NCBI GenBank assembly: GCA_964016885.1
Contig: OZ024740.1
Coordinates: 119,784,001 to 119,848,000, forward strand
Reading direction: 5' to 3'
Origin: Eledone cirrhosa
Lineage: Eukaryota
Length of the DNA: 64,000 nt
Part shown: one piece after another, positions 39,496 to 52,486 of the stretch
Numbering within the stretch: the stretch's first letter is position 1
How the letters are laid out: every line of letters starts with the position of its first letter
Program-made: the position numbers and the translations under genes
Notes under the pieces: generated by a model
Database searches by the model: none
What the model saw: only the letters and a program-made list of their open reading frames with translations
What the model was told of the DNA's origin: nothing

Positions 39496-39675
39496 CTGAT
39501 TTAACTGATAATGATGTATTTTTAAAAAGTATGTGTACATTCTTGTTACTATTTTAAGGCAATGCAAGCAACAACTATTTAATAAAATTTAAATTTAAAA
39601 ATGACCATTGTGCATTACTAGTATGATGACATTTTATTAAGTCACAAAATTAGTCAGTCAGCCATAGAACAAGGA

Positions 39676-40465
39676 TCAGGTGGCAAAAACATTGGCAAAA
39701 ATGGGTGTCAATTTAAGATTTCCAACATTGTTCAAATGAATCATATCTGGTTTGAAGTCAGATTTGTCAAATTTTGACCAATTTTCAATGTTGTGAAGAT
39801 TGGGCAAGTTCAATTTTTGAATCATTTCTTTCATGCAGTAATTAAACTTTTCCAAACGAGAATTTCTCTTGCCCAAGTCATTTTTATTTTCAATTAGTGG
39901 ACGTGGAATGACACCACTGTAGAAAATGGGTGTACAGTGGTGCTTTTCCGCTATTTTCTGTAGCCTTGCAAAGAGACTCTTCCCCTGTTTTTCCGGTTTT
40001 GTGCCTCGAATGGGCACTTTGTCCTTAATTTACAAATAAATGATTAATAAAAAATACTTGGGCAAAAATTATTGTATTACTTTGCACAACTTTGTAGTGC
40101 CAACGGTGCGACGAGGATTCAGATCGTTAGAGCCGACATTAACCACCAATACTTTTACAGAAGGACAACAGATAACAATGTTGGCGATTAACATTACCTG
40201 GCCCTGACGGGCCCCAGGTATACAAAATATCTAAGTATTTTTGTTGGTATGATAAGTAAATACATTTGAATTAATATTTTTATACCTTCTGGTCATTCGA
40301 TTTCGCCACATTTCTAATTATGGATTTGTAAAAACTGGCATGAATGTGAATTTGATTAGTCCAATTGCCCGATTTTAGTGAAAAGTTTTGATTCGAAATG
40401 GAAATACTCCATTTCCGTGCCATGGAAAAAATGAATAAGCCGATCAAATAGCCGCGAAACATCAT
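39676..40465 (-). CDS. Three-exon SGNH/GDSL hydrolase-like gene (exons 40465-40286, 40230-40081, 40023-39676)
   Basis: Phase-0 GT-AG introns of 55 and 57 nt join one open frame (~225 aa) with block I-like KSIIRNV, block II IPGA, block III VVNVGSND, SGVIPR and block V DMIHLN; start codon uncertain. Confidence 0.8.
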
Positions 40466-40512
40466 TTGTAATTAAGCGAAATTAGTGGATGCAAATCTCA
40501 GAAAATATTGTA

Positions 40513-40862
40513 CACTATTCGCACCTATCGCACTATTCGCACCTATCGGTACAAAAATATAGCGCACTATTCGCACCTATCGGTACAAAAAATCGCACGA
40601 CTGTTAATAATACTAGAAGTGCAAACTATCTGTTGAATACCTGGTATATGAAGAGCAACCGATACGATCGGTCGGCGATCGGTCTTGATGAAGAATGAAG
40701 TGAAATTTTGGTCTGGTTGTTGTCATCGATGTTTCGCAGAGATGCCGGCACGAACAAAGGTGTCAGTGACACAAAGTTGTCCGCTTGAACAAAGGTGTCG
40801 GTCCGACAAAGGTGTCAGTCAGACAGTGTCACAGTCGGTGCGACAAAGCGATCGATGCGATT
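40513..40862. repeat. Two short-period arrays (cactattcgcacctatcg at 40513-40590; gacaaaggtgtcagtc-like at 40750-40862)
   Basis: 17-18-nt units seen directly; the last right-hand units (tcggtgcga, atcgatgcga) are complementary to the left unit. Confidence 0.7.
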
Positions 40863-41019
40863 AAAAAAAATTTAACTCACATGTTTACCTATATTTTCGC
40901 AAACTATTGATAGATTGGTACAAAAAATAGCTTTGATAATAAACATAAATTTTTAACGAAGTATTTAAAAAGCATTTTAGCAGTGAAAAGTGAAGTAATG
41001 TTTCACACTGACGCACGTA

Positions 41020-41100
41020 GGGCCGTTCAGAAATGACGTAGTCAATTAGGAGGAAGGGATTCGGCGATTTGACTACATTTGACTAACGTAATCACAATCA
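41020..41100 (+). mobile_element. Possible solo PIF/Harbinger-like terminus
   Basis: ta|gggccgttcagaaatgacgt resembles recalled Harbinger-type TIRs; no partner end found. Confidence 0.35.
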
Positions 41101-43169
41101 CAAGAGTTCCGTCACGCTTACTACTCACTCACTTGAACACAAGATTTATCAGCAAACTTTGATTATAAACTTTTTCCCGCTGGACCAAATTTATAGATTT
41201 TTAAGCCAAAAGATGCGTAATAATCTACTGTTCATGCTCATATAAGTTTTATCTCAGTTAAATAAAGTAGAGCCATGCTGTACTGTCGTAAACAGACGAT
41301 TGCCAACGAAAACAAGACCACAACAATATTACTAAACGGACTACCATCCGTTTAGGATATATAAGCACACAAGCAAAGGAGCTGAACCTAAAAGCAATCA
41401 AGCAAACTGAAACAAGGCTCACAAATATTTTGGAGAATTTCATAATGCTGACCAAAACAGAACACAGCACATATAATTTACTTGAAGTGATTGTAAATAT
41501 AATTGTAGTGTAATTACGAAACTGTTTGTGACATGACTACTTAGAATAAATAAAAGAAAGGAAGAAAGTAACACAAATTACACTGGAAAATGAGGTATGT
41601 GAAGAAATAATTAGTAATATTATTAAGATCCTTAAAAAATACAAAGAAAAGTGATGAAATGCTCCCCACCCTCAGGGATAATTTATAAAGGGAAAGAATA
41701 GTTAGCAACACTAAAATGTTATGAATCTTTGAGCGTGTGTGACTATGTGATCACTTAATTTAGTGACTCCCCTTTCTCTCTTACTTACTTTCTCTATATT
41801 TCACTCTCACTCTAACTATATTTATTTACTCATCTCTTTTTCTATCTGTCAATATGTATGTGTGTGTGCATGCAATATCATCATTGTCATCATGTATTAT
41901 ACTTTACCAGAGCCTCTCTGACAGATCATATTCTTCATCTTCAATAGCATGGCAGTGGCTCTCTTGGAGAAAGGGATATTGTGAGGGTTTGCCATTAGTC
42001 TCACACTGCAGCACAGACTGTTCTGAGAAAGAAAAAGAAAGAGATATCAACTCTAGTAGTTGACTTTTACTTTATTTTTTGAAGGCAAATGGATGAAAAG
42101 GATATGAACCAAAGATGAATAGAATATGAGCCTTCTGCAATATGGTATATCAACATTGGTTTTGAATGTGTCATCTCATCTGAGAAAATATGAAATATCA
42201 GTTCAGATGTCAATACTTCTTCCCATATCCTGTCCAAGATAAATACTCTACTCTCAACAAACTTACATTTTATCTCTGACCCTCAGCATGTGTTTTTTAA
42301 GATGCATTTCATATTCATACTTGCTCAGTCATCTCTCTTACACCCAACAACAAATGACTTTAATACTCACTCACTTTCTCATCTCCCTGACGCTAAGCAT
42401 ATTTATCCAATAGGCCCTACAAAACTTATTCTATATTTGGAGTTTCATATGTCAATGTTAAGTAGCAATGTGGTCCTTTGTTCTGCTATATGCTCTCTCT
42501 GATATGTACAGAGACAGAAAAAGTGGTTCTATTCAATGCAAGCAATATACCTGAGAAATAAACTAGCAATTATTTTCTTGTCTCAGGTATTTATTTGTGA
42601 CATTATCTATCCTTAGTTCAGATGTTTTTGTGGTCAAATTTGCCTTTCATGCTTTTGAGTTCACTAAAAAATGTTCCAGTCAACTATTGAATAGGGCAAC
42701 ATAAAATTCCTAGGATCTTAGATATGAAGAGCATTATAATAGAAGAAAACTGCAGAAGAATTAAATGCAAAGGCAACCATGGCGGGATTTGTTCTCAGAA
42801 TGCAAAACGTCATAACTAAATATTACAAGGCATTATGTACAAATCTCTACTAATTCTGCTTAAACAGCAATGGAGTTACACAAAGGTATAAAGATAGCAT
42901 GAAACAAAATTATTAGCTTTTCTTTGTTTTTTGTTTTTTGTTGCTTTTTTTTTTGTTTTGTACCTAACAAGTTTCAGCAATGATTACTAAATATGGCTCT
43001 ACAGCTTCAGAGTTATTACAGTTATAAAAGTAATTTCTGAAGTTTGGAAATAATATGTATGTATCTATCATCATCATCATCATCATCATCTTCGTTTAAC
43101 GTCCGTTTTCCACGCTAGCATGGGTTATCTTTCTATCTAGTTCTCTCTTCCACTGTCTCTCTCTCTCTG

Positions 43170-43558
<389 letters not shown>

Positions 43559-44649
43559 TTTATATATGTATGTATAATTGGTTTTATGTCCATTATTTCA
43601 TGCTGGCATGATATACATACATAATACACTTATATATGTATATATATATATATCTTTACACCAAACACAGTAAGAAAAATAAAACCAAAATCACAGTCCC
43701 AAAGTATATATATTTGGGCAGAACTCATATAGACTTGCTGTGGAATAAAACTTCGAGTTACACCCCAATTTCTTGGCAAAATGACATAGGTAATAGGAAT
43801 ATCAGCTTCTAGCTCATTAGCATTCGTTTCAAACATAAATAACTTCAGTATAAGGTATGTTTTAGATTTCATGCTGTGCTTGGTGAAAAGAGAAATCTTT
43901 AACAGTTGTAAAAATAGCACCAATATATGACTTAGCTTACCCATTTCCAAGTCAAGCAGCCTTTTCTATGTCTATAATCTGCAATATCTTGGCAGAATGA
44001 TGAGGTAAAGCAGAAACTAATGAAGTTTAACAAGCAGGAAATTAGTATTTCCATTAACTATATTATTCTGCAGAGAACGTTATGATGCATACTGTATATT
44101 ATTCATTCATGGCTATATGTCATATATACTAGTAGAATACCTAGTTTGAAATGTAGATATAAATGCATCAAAAATGTTGATAAAGACGGCATATTTGGCA
44201 TAATAAAACATTATTTGATTTCAGAAAATTGTTTTTATTTTAAGAAATTACATTGTTTCTAAAAATGTTTAGAGAACTGTATTTTTTGTTAAACTGTCTT
44301 ACAGGTACTATCTCAAAATGAATAGTATATTTCATCATTTAGTTGTCTAAATGTTATGTAGTTGATTAATTCATATGATAATATAACAACACAAGAATTA
44401 GTGAAAGTGAAAATTCATTTCAGGCAATAATCAAAAATAATATATTTTCTTTAAAAATAAATTTCCCAGTTCTTAAAAGAAATTTGAAAATGAATAGAAA
44501 CTGGAGTGTTGTAAATTAAACTCTTCATGGAAATAAAATCATTCTTATATGATATTGGATTTGTAGCCATCATACATGCACACACACATGCAGACAAACA
44601 TACACTCATATATACTCACATACATACACACACATATTTATATTAAATA

Positions 44650-45269
44650 CTAGACCACCTGTGACTCATTAGGTCACGTTCACTTCAAAATATTTTTTTA
44701 AATCCTGTTCATTTAAAAATAATTTTTAGAGAATTAAAATATAGACAGACATGTATATAATGTGAAATGAAACTGGAAGGCCCTTTTACGTGTGTATGCA
44801 TATATAAATGTGTGTGTCTGTGGGTATATATACATATATATGTATGTGTGTGTGTATATATACATGTGGGTATCTGTGATCTATATACACTGGCCATAGA
44901 CACACAGACACATATATATATGTATATATATATATATATATATATACAACAAGATCACCAGCTCTCTCTCTCTCTTCCATTCTCCTTCTCTGTCTCCTCT
45001 CCCTCTCTATGTCTCTCTTTCAATCTACTCTCTCACAACCACTATCTCATTTTCTCTATTTTTCTCTCTCTCTGTTTATGAAGGTACCTGGAAAAACCCC
45101 ATATCTCGGGAACTCATGCTCTGATTTACATGAAAATTGTTTTATTCCATTTGTATTCTCATTTTAGGGTCAACTTCCTTTCAAAGTATTTTCCCATTAT
45201 GTGCCCTTTTGGCTGTATTACATTACTGACAAGCAAGCAAGCAATCACAGAGTTTTAGTAGTATATAGA
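44650..45269 (-). mobile_element. Non-autonomous Helitron
   Basis: Minus strand begins A|TCTATATACTACTAAAA and ends with a gtgac..gtcac hairpin then CTAG|T; internal microsatellites. Confidence 0.75.
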
Positions 45270-45356
45270 TACATGTGATTAAAAGAAACTGGTTCTGCAG
45301 ACATTTTGTGTTACTATACATTCATTTTCTTATCATTCAACATTAAATTTCAAGAC

Positions 45357-45890
45357 ATGGCAGATGCAACGTCATAGAAATGGGATCTCCAGCTTAGGAT
45401 TTGCTGTGTAAAACACTACTATATTTGTGACTCATGCAAGTAAATCCAGGAGCAATTTCATTCATCTTTTGAAACATGCTCATCCCCCATCAAAGCCAAT
45501 ATACCAAAGCTGGGTAAAGAGGTTTCAGTCCTATAGGACAGTGGAAAACCTCAATACAATGTCTGAGGACTATCCTACTCCCCCTGGAAGCTCCAAGAAG
45601 CATACACAGGAAATTATTGACATGGTCTAAAAGTCTCTTCAGCAGAGGCCAAAATGATCACTGTGCAGGAGAAATCAATCCTTGGGTCTCTCCACAGAAA
45701 CTTGCAGAAAGCTTGTCAAACACGATCTTAAGAACTGCCCCAACTGAATACAGACTACACAAAAGCTTACTGTCACTAATAAGACCAGCGAATAGGCTAT
45801 CACTGAGAAAATGCTGGAGAAAATTGAAGGCAACCCAAATTATTTGAATCTGCTGTGAACCTCTGAAGAAATCCACTTTCACTTAGATCA
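45357..45890 (+). pseudogene. Tc1/mariner-superfamily transposase N-terminal relic (DUF4817-like HTH)
   Basis: SWVKRFQSYRTVENL, EIIDMV, RRNQSLGLS, KHDLK, IQTTQKL and SEEIHFHL across frameshifts. Confidence 0.7.
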
Positions 45891-48800
45891 ACATTTCGAT
45901 CAACTCTAAGAAGAATGTGTCCTGGGCGTTGACGAAAAAAAATATATGTATATCATTATCATCATCATCATCATTATCTTAACATCCACTTTCCCTGCTA
46001 GCAAGTTTTAGATGGATCTACATAGACCAAGTCAGTACTGAAGCAGAGTTGCTGATCTCTTGGGCAGTCCAGGGATCTGTATCTCGCTTATGTACTGTTT
46101 TCCATTTTATGGAGTGCACAGGAGCAGTTATGTCTTTGACACAACACAACTGAGGGTCCTCTCAAACCTTTGTTTGGCAACCTTTCTATGCCTGAATGCC
46201 CTTCCTATCACCAAACGCTTTACAATGTGTACTGGGTGTGTTTAACATGTAGGTCACCCACACTAGGGAAGCTATCATGTCCTTGATATGACTGAAGGGT
46301 TCTCCCAACCCTTTGTTTAGCAAGCTTTATATGGTTTGAAGCCCTTTCTTTCACCAGCCACTTTACAGTATGTACTGAATGCATTTATTGTGTAGGTCAC
46401 TAACATTAGTGCTGTTGCACTGTGGCACAACTGAGGGGTCCTCTCTATACCCAAGTTCTTTTCTCCCTCTCTTTCCAGGAGACAAGAATACTGAAAACGG
46501 AAGATGTAGGATGGAAAGAATAGCTAAGGAGCGATGGTGGAGGGCACATGTGTGGGGTTTTAAATTGCGATAGTGGGGGGTATCTAACGCTTTTAGCAGG
46601 GGGTGGGGGACAGCATCTAAGGGATGAATACTGGATAGGGCATGTTGTGATTGTGAGATTAGCTGCTATGGCATGCTAATAGAGGCGGGATGGATGGGGT
46701 GTATAAGAGTGAAGTGTGTGGCTACTAGAGTATGATAGTAAATAGTACTTTCTGATTTATTGGTGCAGTTTGTAGAATTAAATGTTATAGTATTATTCAC
46801 AAATTTGACTAACCTTCAGTGATAAGAAATTAAATCAAAGTAAAAAAAAGTAGACCTATTCTTAATTATAGACTAGATTATGTCATATATGGCCATTGGT
46901 TGAAACATGAAATACATTAAATTATAGACGTATTATATTAAGAAATATGTTATCTGATACAGTTAATTGAAAAAGAAGGAAACAACATATTTTCCTTGAT
47001 TTTTCAAATGAAGTTACTTTCATGTGATATATTTGATATATTTAGTTCTGCTTCCTTGATATTAGATCACATGATACAAAGTGATTCATATTCTTTCTTC
47101 AATGAAGAGAAATTTTTCTTACTTTTTCCATTTGATGATTTTGATTACTCTAAATCTAAATGCAACAAGTTTTTGAAATCTGTATCAAAACAGTTTAAAC
47201 AAGATGAAAGATTTCAACAACTCCAGAATGTTTAATAGAGTAATTCAGTATGTTTTATTTTTTAACTGCAATCAATAAAACTAGATCTTCATTAGTTACT
47301 ATAAAAATGGCTTGAATGAAATAAGTCTTGTTTTGCAAGGGTGTCAAAATTAGTCACAACTGTCTGATTGGAAATATTGATAGTTGTCCAGAGTAGAAAC
47401 AATTGGAATCTTTAGGTGAGTCAAAAACACCCTCGGTTCTAGTATTGATGCCATGATAAAATGTATCCAGTACACACTGTAACATATCTGATGTTGTGAA
47501 AGGAATCCTCATATTAGAAACCATGCCAAAAATGATAAGAACTGACTCAGACATTGACAACCTGTTGTTCAACACATATCATCATGAAAGCAAAAAGTAA
47601 AATGCTGCTGCTACTGAATATGATGATGATATTGGAGAGGAGGAGGGAGAGGCAGATGGGGATTAGGGATGAGGAGGGAGGATGGAGACAATGAGTCTAT
47701 CCAGTTCTCTTTAGCGAAATGGGTTGTTGGTATTAAAATATTAATAGCTTTTCAGATGAAAGGAGAAGGTTTTCATCTCAGCTGGAGCTCATTCTGAATA
47801 TTCCTATGTTCAAGTAAGCTAGCTTGGCAACCAAATGTACACCTTCAACATATTCATTAAAATAATTATCTTCAAATTGGAAAACTACCATATATATTTG
47901 TCAAGAAATATGTGACAAAAAAGCAGTGGTATAATGTGATTCCAATTATATTTGAGGTCAAAATGTGTGATTGATGATTTTCACCAACTTCAAATTCTAC
48001 ATAAATGAGGTGCTAAAATATTTTCACTTCATATGTGAAACTTGTTTTAACTTTGATGTGTTTTGAATGAATATGGCCTTCAGGATACTCAAAAATTGGT
48101 AAAAAAATATTACATAATCGAGTTGTGACACTTAAATCATTTCAAATATCAAAATATAATAATTTCATAAATATATTCTCCACTTACGAGAACTTTAAAA
48201 CCACATCATATAAACATAATGTCGATTTGCTGACTCAGCTAATGTTAGATTTTTGCCCATTTCTCAGATATAAAATAGAAACCTTGCCAAAGAAAGATTT
48301 GGGAGGACCTTCAGTTATGTCAATGACATCACAGCCTCCCTAGTATTGGTGACCTACAAGATAAAAGCAGCCAATTCACCCTGTAAAGGGGTTAGTAATA
48401 GAAAGGGCATCCAACCATAGAAAGCTTGACAAACAAAAATGTGTGTGGACATTTAGTTGCATTAAAAACATGACAATCTCTCCTATGTAAGTAATAAGTG
48501 AGATGCAGATCCCTGAACTGTCTGGGAGATCAGCAGCTCTGCTTCAGTATGGACGTGGTCTATGTAGACCTGTCCAACCTTTGCTATGGAAAATAGACGT
48601 TAAAACGATGATAATGATGAAAATAGGGGTTGGTTTATATTTGGATTAGATTAAATTTGAGTATATACGGTATGTTCTATTTGTCCTTCAAATCATAAAC
48701 TCGAGCAACATCCCATGACATCTGTTCACTATTCTATATGTAAATCTAATATTCATAAAGCAAGACCATGAATTCATAATGCTGTTTGAAAGACAGTGTC

Positions 48801-48957
48801 ATAAGGAATTGTGATTCTGTAGCAATTGATCTAACATAGACAGATTTATCCCTTTGTTTTTCCAATAATACAAAAAATCTTAATCAATGCTGTTATGAAT
48901 TTACATGAACTGAAGCTTATTTATTAGGATTTTGATACAAATACTTGTCATATTAAG

Positions 48958-49080
48958 TGCAGGCATGGCTGTGCAGTTAAGGAGTTTGCTTCACCATCAC
49001 ATAGTTCTGTGTTCAGTCTTACTGTATGGTACCTTTAGCAAGTGCCTTCTACAATAGCCTAATGTCAACTTCTACAATAG
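48958..49080 (+). mobile_element. Decayed tRNA-derived SINE 5' part
   Basis: gcaggcatggctgtgcagttaag...gttcagtc...ttagcaagtgccttctacaatagcc. Confidence 0.55.
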
Positions 49081-49256
49081 CCTAATGTTATTTACTTTTA
49101 TGTATGTCAAATACACACAAACATGAAAGTGTATATTTTTTTATGTATTTATCTCACTTTTTTTGAAAGCCACCTATAAATTTTCTTATCCATTCTTTAT
49201 CTTGTTATCTCAAACGCTTCTTACCAACAGAGCAGTTCTTCAATCTGTTGCACCAA

Positions 49257-49425
49257 GGTCGGTGAATTGGCTGTATTGGTAGAGGGTTGGACGTCATGCT
49301 TTCCAGCATAGTTACACCCCTTTACCGTCTAAGTTCAAATCCCATTGAGGTTAACTTTGCCTTTCATCGTTACGGGGGTCGATAAAATAAAGTACCATAA
49401 AGTGCAAAAAATAGAAACAATTATT
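49257..49425 (+). mobile_element. OK-like SINE
   Basis: Homologous to 52190-52379. Confidence 0.8.
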
Positions 49426-49834
49426 AATGCATGAAATTGCATGGGAGAAAGGTGGTTGATGAAGTAAAGATACAACTGTCTGTTCACATTATATAACTGT
49501 ATGCACATTTTGGTGTACGTATATATATATATATATATATTTACAATAATTCAAGGGTAAAAAATTATTGAGACAAAAAGCATCCAAAATCCATAAACAT
49601 TTATTTAGTATTTGGATACATCTTGTCTTGTCAATTTGTTAACCTTGACTTATTGTATTAATGCTCCTAATTAAAGTTTTTAAATTCTAAATTAGTAGAG
49701 CAGGCTTTAGGTTCTAACAGTGGCTACTTTTATCACTCTGGTTGACATGTGCATTTGTCAGACAATTTGATTAATGATAATTTTTCGTATTAATGAAAAT
49801 GTTAATATACATACACACACACACATATATATAT

Positions 49835-50735
49835 CCCTCAAAATGAACGGTAGATTGTATGATGCATGTATACAAACAGCAATGTTGCATGAGCCCGTGT
49901 TCTGAGGACTTGAGAAGATTGGAAAGAAATAAAGGTGCCATGCTTCAATGGATGTATTATAGTAATATACATGAACTGAGATAGAAACAGGCATATGAGA
50001 GATCAGATGCAGTGTACAGGAGGGGAGAATGTGTTGGTATGAACATGTGATGTGTATGGAGGTTGACGATTGTATAAAAATGTGCAGGGTGCTAAAAGTT
50101 AATGGAAGCTATGGAGCAGAAAGATCTAGGAAGAATTGGGATGAGGTGATAAAACTGACTTTGCAGAATTTAACCTCTTGAAAGCAATGGCATAAAAGTG
50201 AGATCTCTGGCATTATGCAGTAATGCAAAAGACTTGCCTTCTCATGTGCTCAGGCTGAAGCATGCATCTAGTATGCACCACTTTCCCCCACCTCTCCCCC
50301 TTCCATAAATCTCCCATATCATAACACTCCACCAACGTCCTAACACTCAACCCAGGTCCTAACACCCCAACCCTCATCCATGTCCTTATACATCCACCCA
50401 TTATAAGACAAATGCCCCACAGTAGATCTACCTCTCATTTCCCAACATATCTCCCCTGTTCCAAGCCCACACTCTAAATGTGGTAGTTTTGGTGCCACAG
50501 TAAAAAGTGCCCAGTTCCCACTGCAAAGTGGTCAACAAAAAGCACCCAGTCCACACTGTTAAAGTGGTTGTGTGGGTGTCACAACAAAAACGCCTAGTCC
50601 ACACTGTAAATGTGGTTAGCGTTAAAAAGGGTATCCAACCATAGAAACCAAGTCAGACACATTTCTGATTGAATAAGTCATAGTCATCTGATCTGGCTTG
50701 CGTGGAAAAATGGACATTAAATGGAGATGATGGTT
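49835..50735 (+). mobile_element. Decayed RTE 3' end with repeat-bearing UTR
   Basis: [18 protein letters not shown] remnant at ~49837, C-terminal remnants, UTR repeats and tail. Confidence 0.75.
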
Positions 50736-50776
50736 ATGTTGATATATATATCGACAGTCAATCAACTTTCTTTTGT

Positions 50777-50977
50777 CAAATTGAACTGAAGAAACAATAT
50801 TTTCATTGGCCTTTCCAATTGCTAATACTACCTATTGGTCACAACTCTAGGTAGAAGGAGCAACGTGAAATAAAGTGTCTTTCTCAAGGACATAACGCAT
50901 CACCCAGTCTGGGAATCGAACTTGCAAACTCACAATTGTGAATCCAATTCTCTAACCACTCAGCCACATGTCTTCGC
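50777..50977 (-). mobile_element. tRNA-derived SINE
   Basis: tggctgagtgg A box, gttcgattcc B box; homologous to 24520-24713. Confidence 0.8.
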
Positions 50978-51624
50978 ATATATATATATTTGGATGGAAT
51001 ACCATTTGGTAATTCATGAACAAATGACCTCCTTAAAAGTCCCAAGTTTGTTTAAATATACAAAATGTTGAATATAGGTTTACCTCTTCTATTTAGTAAC
51101 AAAATTAACTAAATTTAATTAAATATTAATTAGGGGAGGTTAAACAGTGTCGATATTCTTTCCAGAGCCTCAAAGATTAGTAAAATTGATGTAATTCATC
51201 ATCATCATCATCATCATCATTTAGCATCCATTTTTCCACGCTAGCATGAGTAGGATGGGCTGTCCCTTTGTGAGAGATCAGATCAGAGGACTGTGTTTTG
51301 CTCACACTGAACTTTTAATTTTTTTCCCAGGGAAACAATTTTAATCTTTTTCCCAATGACTTATTTCTTAGGAGTTCTTGAATGGTATTTTAATTCTCCA
51401 ATAACCAGGGCATCTTCTTCAAATATTCGGTACTACAAATAATAACACTGGACAGTCTTTCTATCTCAATCAAGTTAACCGAATACTGCCAATTGATATT
51501 ACTTCTAAAAATCCCAATCAGCATTAATCTGAACCTGAAGAAAATAAGTGTACTTTTATACAAATTTTATACAAAAAATAATACTGTTAAATTGATCACT
51601 TTTATACAAATGTTATACAAAAAT

Positions 51625-51815
51625 AATTGTTTCTACTTTTGGCACAAGGCCAGCAATTACCCAGTACATTACTGGTACTTTATTTTATCGACCCCGTAAG
51701 GATGAAAGGTAAAGTTAACCTCGGCGGGATTTGAACTCAGAATAGCAAGGGCCGTAACTCTATGCGTCAAAGCATGGCGTCCAACCCTCTACCGATACTG
51801 CCAAAATTCACCGCC
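51625..51815 (-). mobile_element. Full-length OK-like SINE with 14-bp TSD
   Basis: tgttatacaaaaat at 51611-51624 and 51816-51829; inserted in an AT-rich minisatellite. Confidence 0.9.
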
Positions 51816-51994
51816 TGTTATACAAAAATGATACTGTTAATGTGATGACTTTTATACAAATTTTACACAAAAATAATACTGTTAATGTGATCACTTTTCA
51901 GATTATATTTGTTTCTAATAAATCTATGTATTGTCTTTATTGGTATAGAAGAATGAAAATAAAATACAGCTCCACACAGATCACAAAACATTAT

Positions 51995-52172
51995 GGGCAG
52001 TGTTGGTAGAGGGTCGGACGCCATGCTTTGATGTATAGAGTTACGGCCCTTGCCATTCTGAGTACAAATCCCGCCAAGGTTAACTTTGCCTTTCATCCTT
52101 ACGGGGTCGATAAAATAAAGTACCAGTAATGCACTGGGTATTTGCTGGCCTTGTGCCAAATGTAGAAACAAT
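51995..52172 (+). mobile_element. OK-like SINE
   Basis: Near-identical to its neighbours, slightly 5'-truncated. Confidence 0.88.
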
Positions 52173-52189
52173 CATCTAATATACAGTAT

Positions 52190-52379
52190 GGCGGTGGATT
52201 GGCAGTATCGGTAGAGGGTTGGACGCCATGCTTTGATGTATAGAGTTACGGCCCTTGTCATTCTGAGTTCAAATCCCGCCGAGTTTAACTTTGCCTTTCA
52301 TCCTTACGGGGTCGATAAAATAAAGTACCAGTAATACTCTGAGATAATTGCTGGCCTTGTGCCAAAAGTAGAAACAATT
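52190..52379 (+). mobile_element. Full-length OK-like SINE with 16-bp TSD
   Basis: atctaatatacagtat at 52174-52189 and 52380-52395; A and B boxes present. Confidence 0.9.
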
Positions 52380-52486
52380 ATCTAATATACAGTATTTTAA
52401 ACTGAATTTAGTATATAAACTCTCAGGCAGTTATTGGTCATACCAAATGAGATTACTAATTGCATTACAAGGAGGTAGGTGCAAAA

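Noticed and set aside
46996-47575. Possible host exon or decayed transposase
   Set aside because: Stops in all extended frames and no recognisable motif
52190-52280. tRNA gene
   Set aside because: The A/B boxes belong to a SINE head followed by core, tail and TSD; no proper cloverleaf
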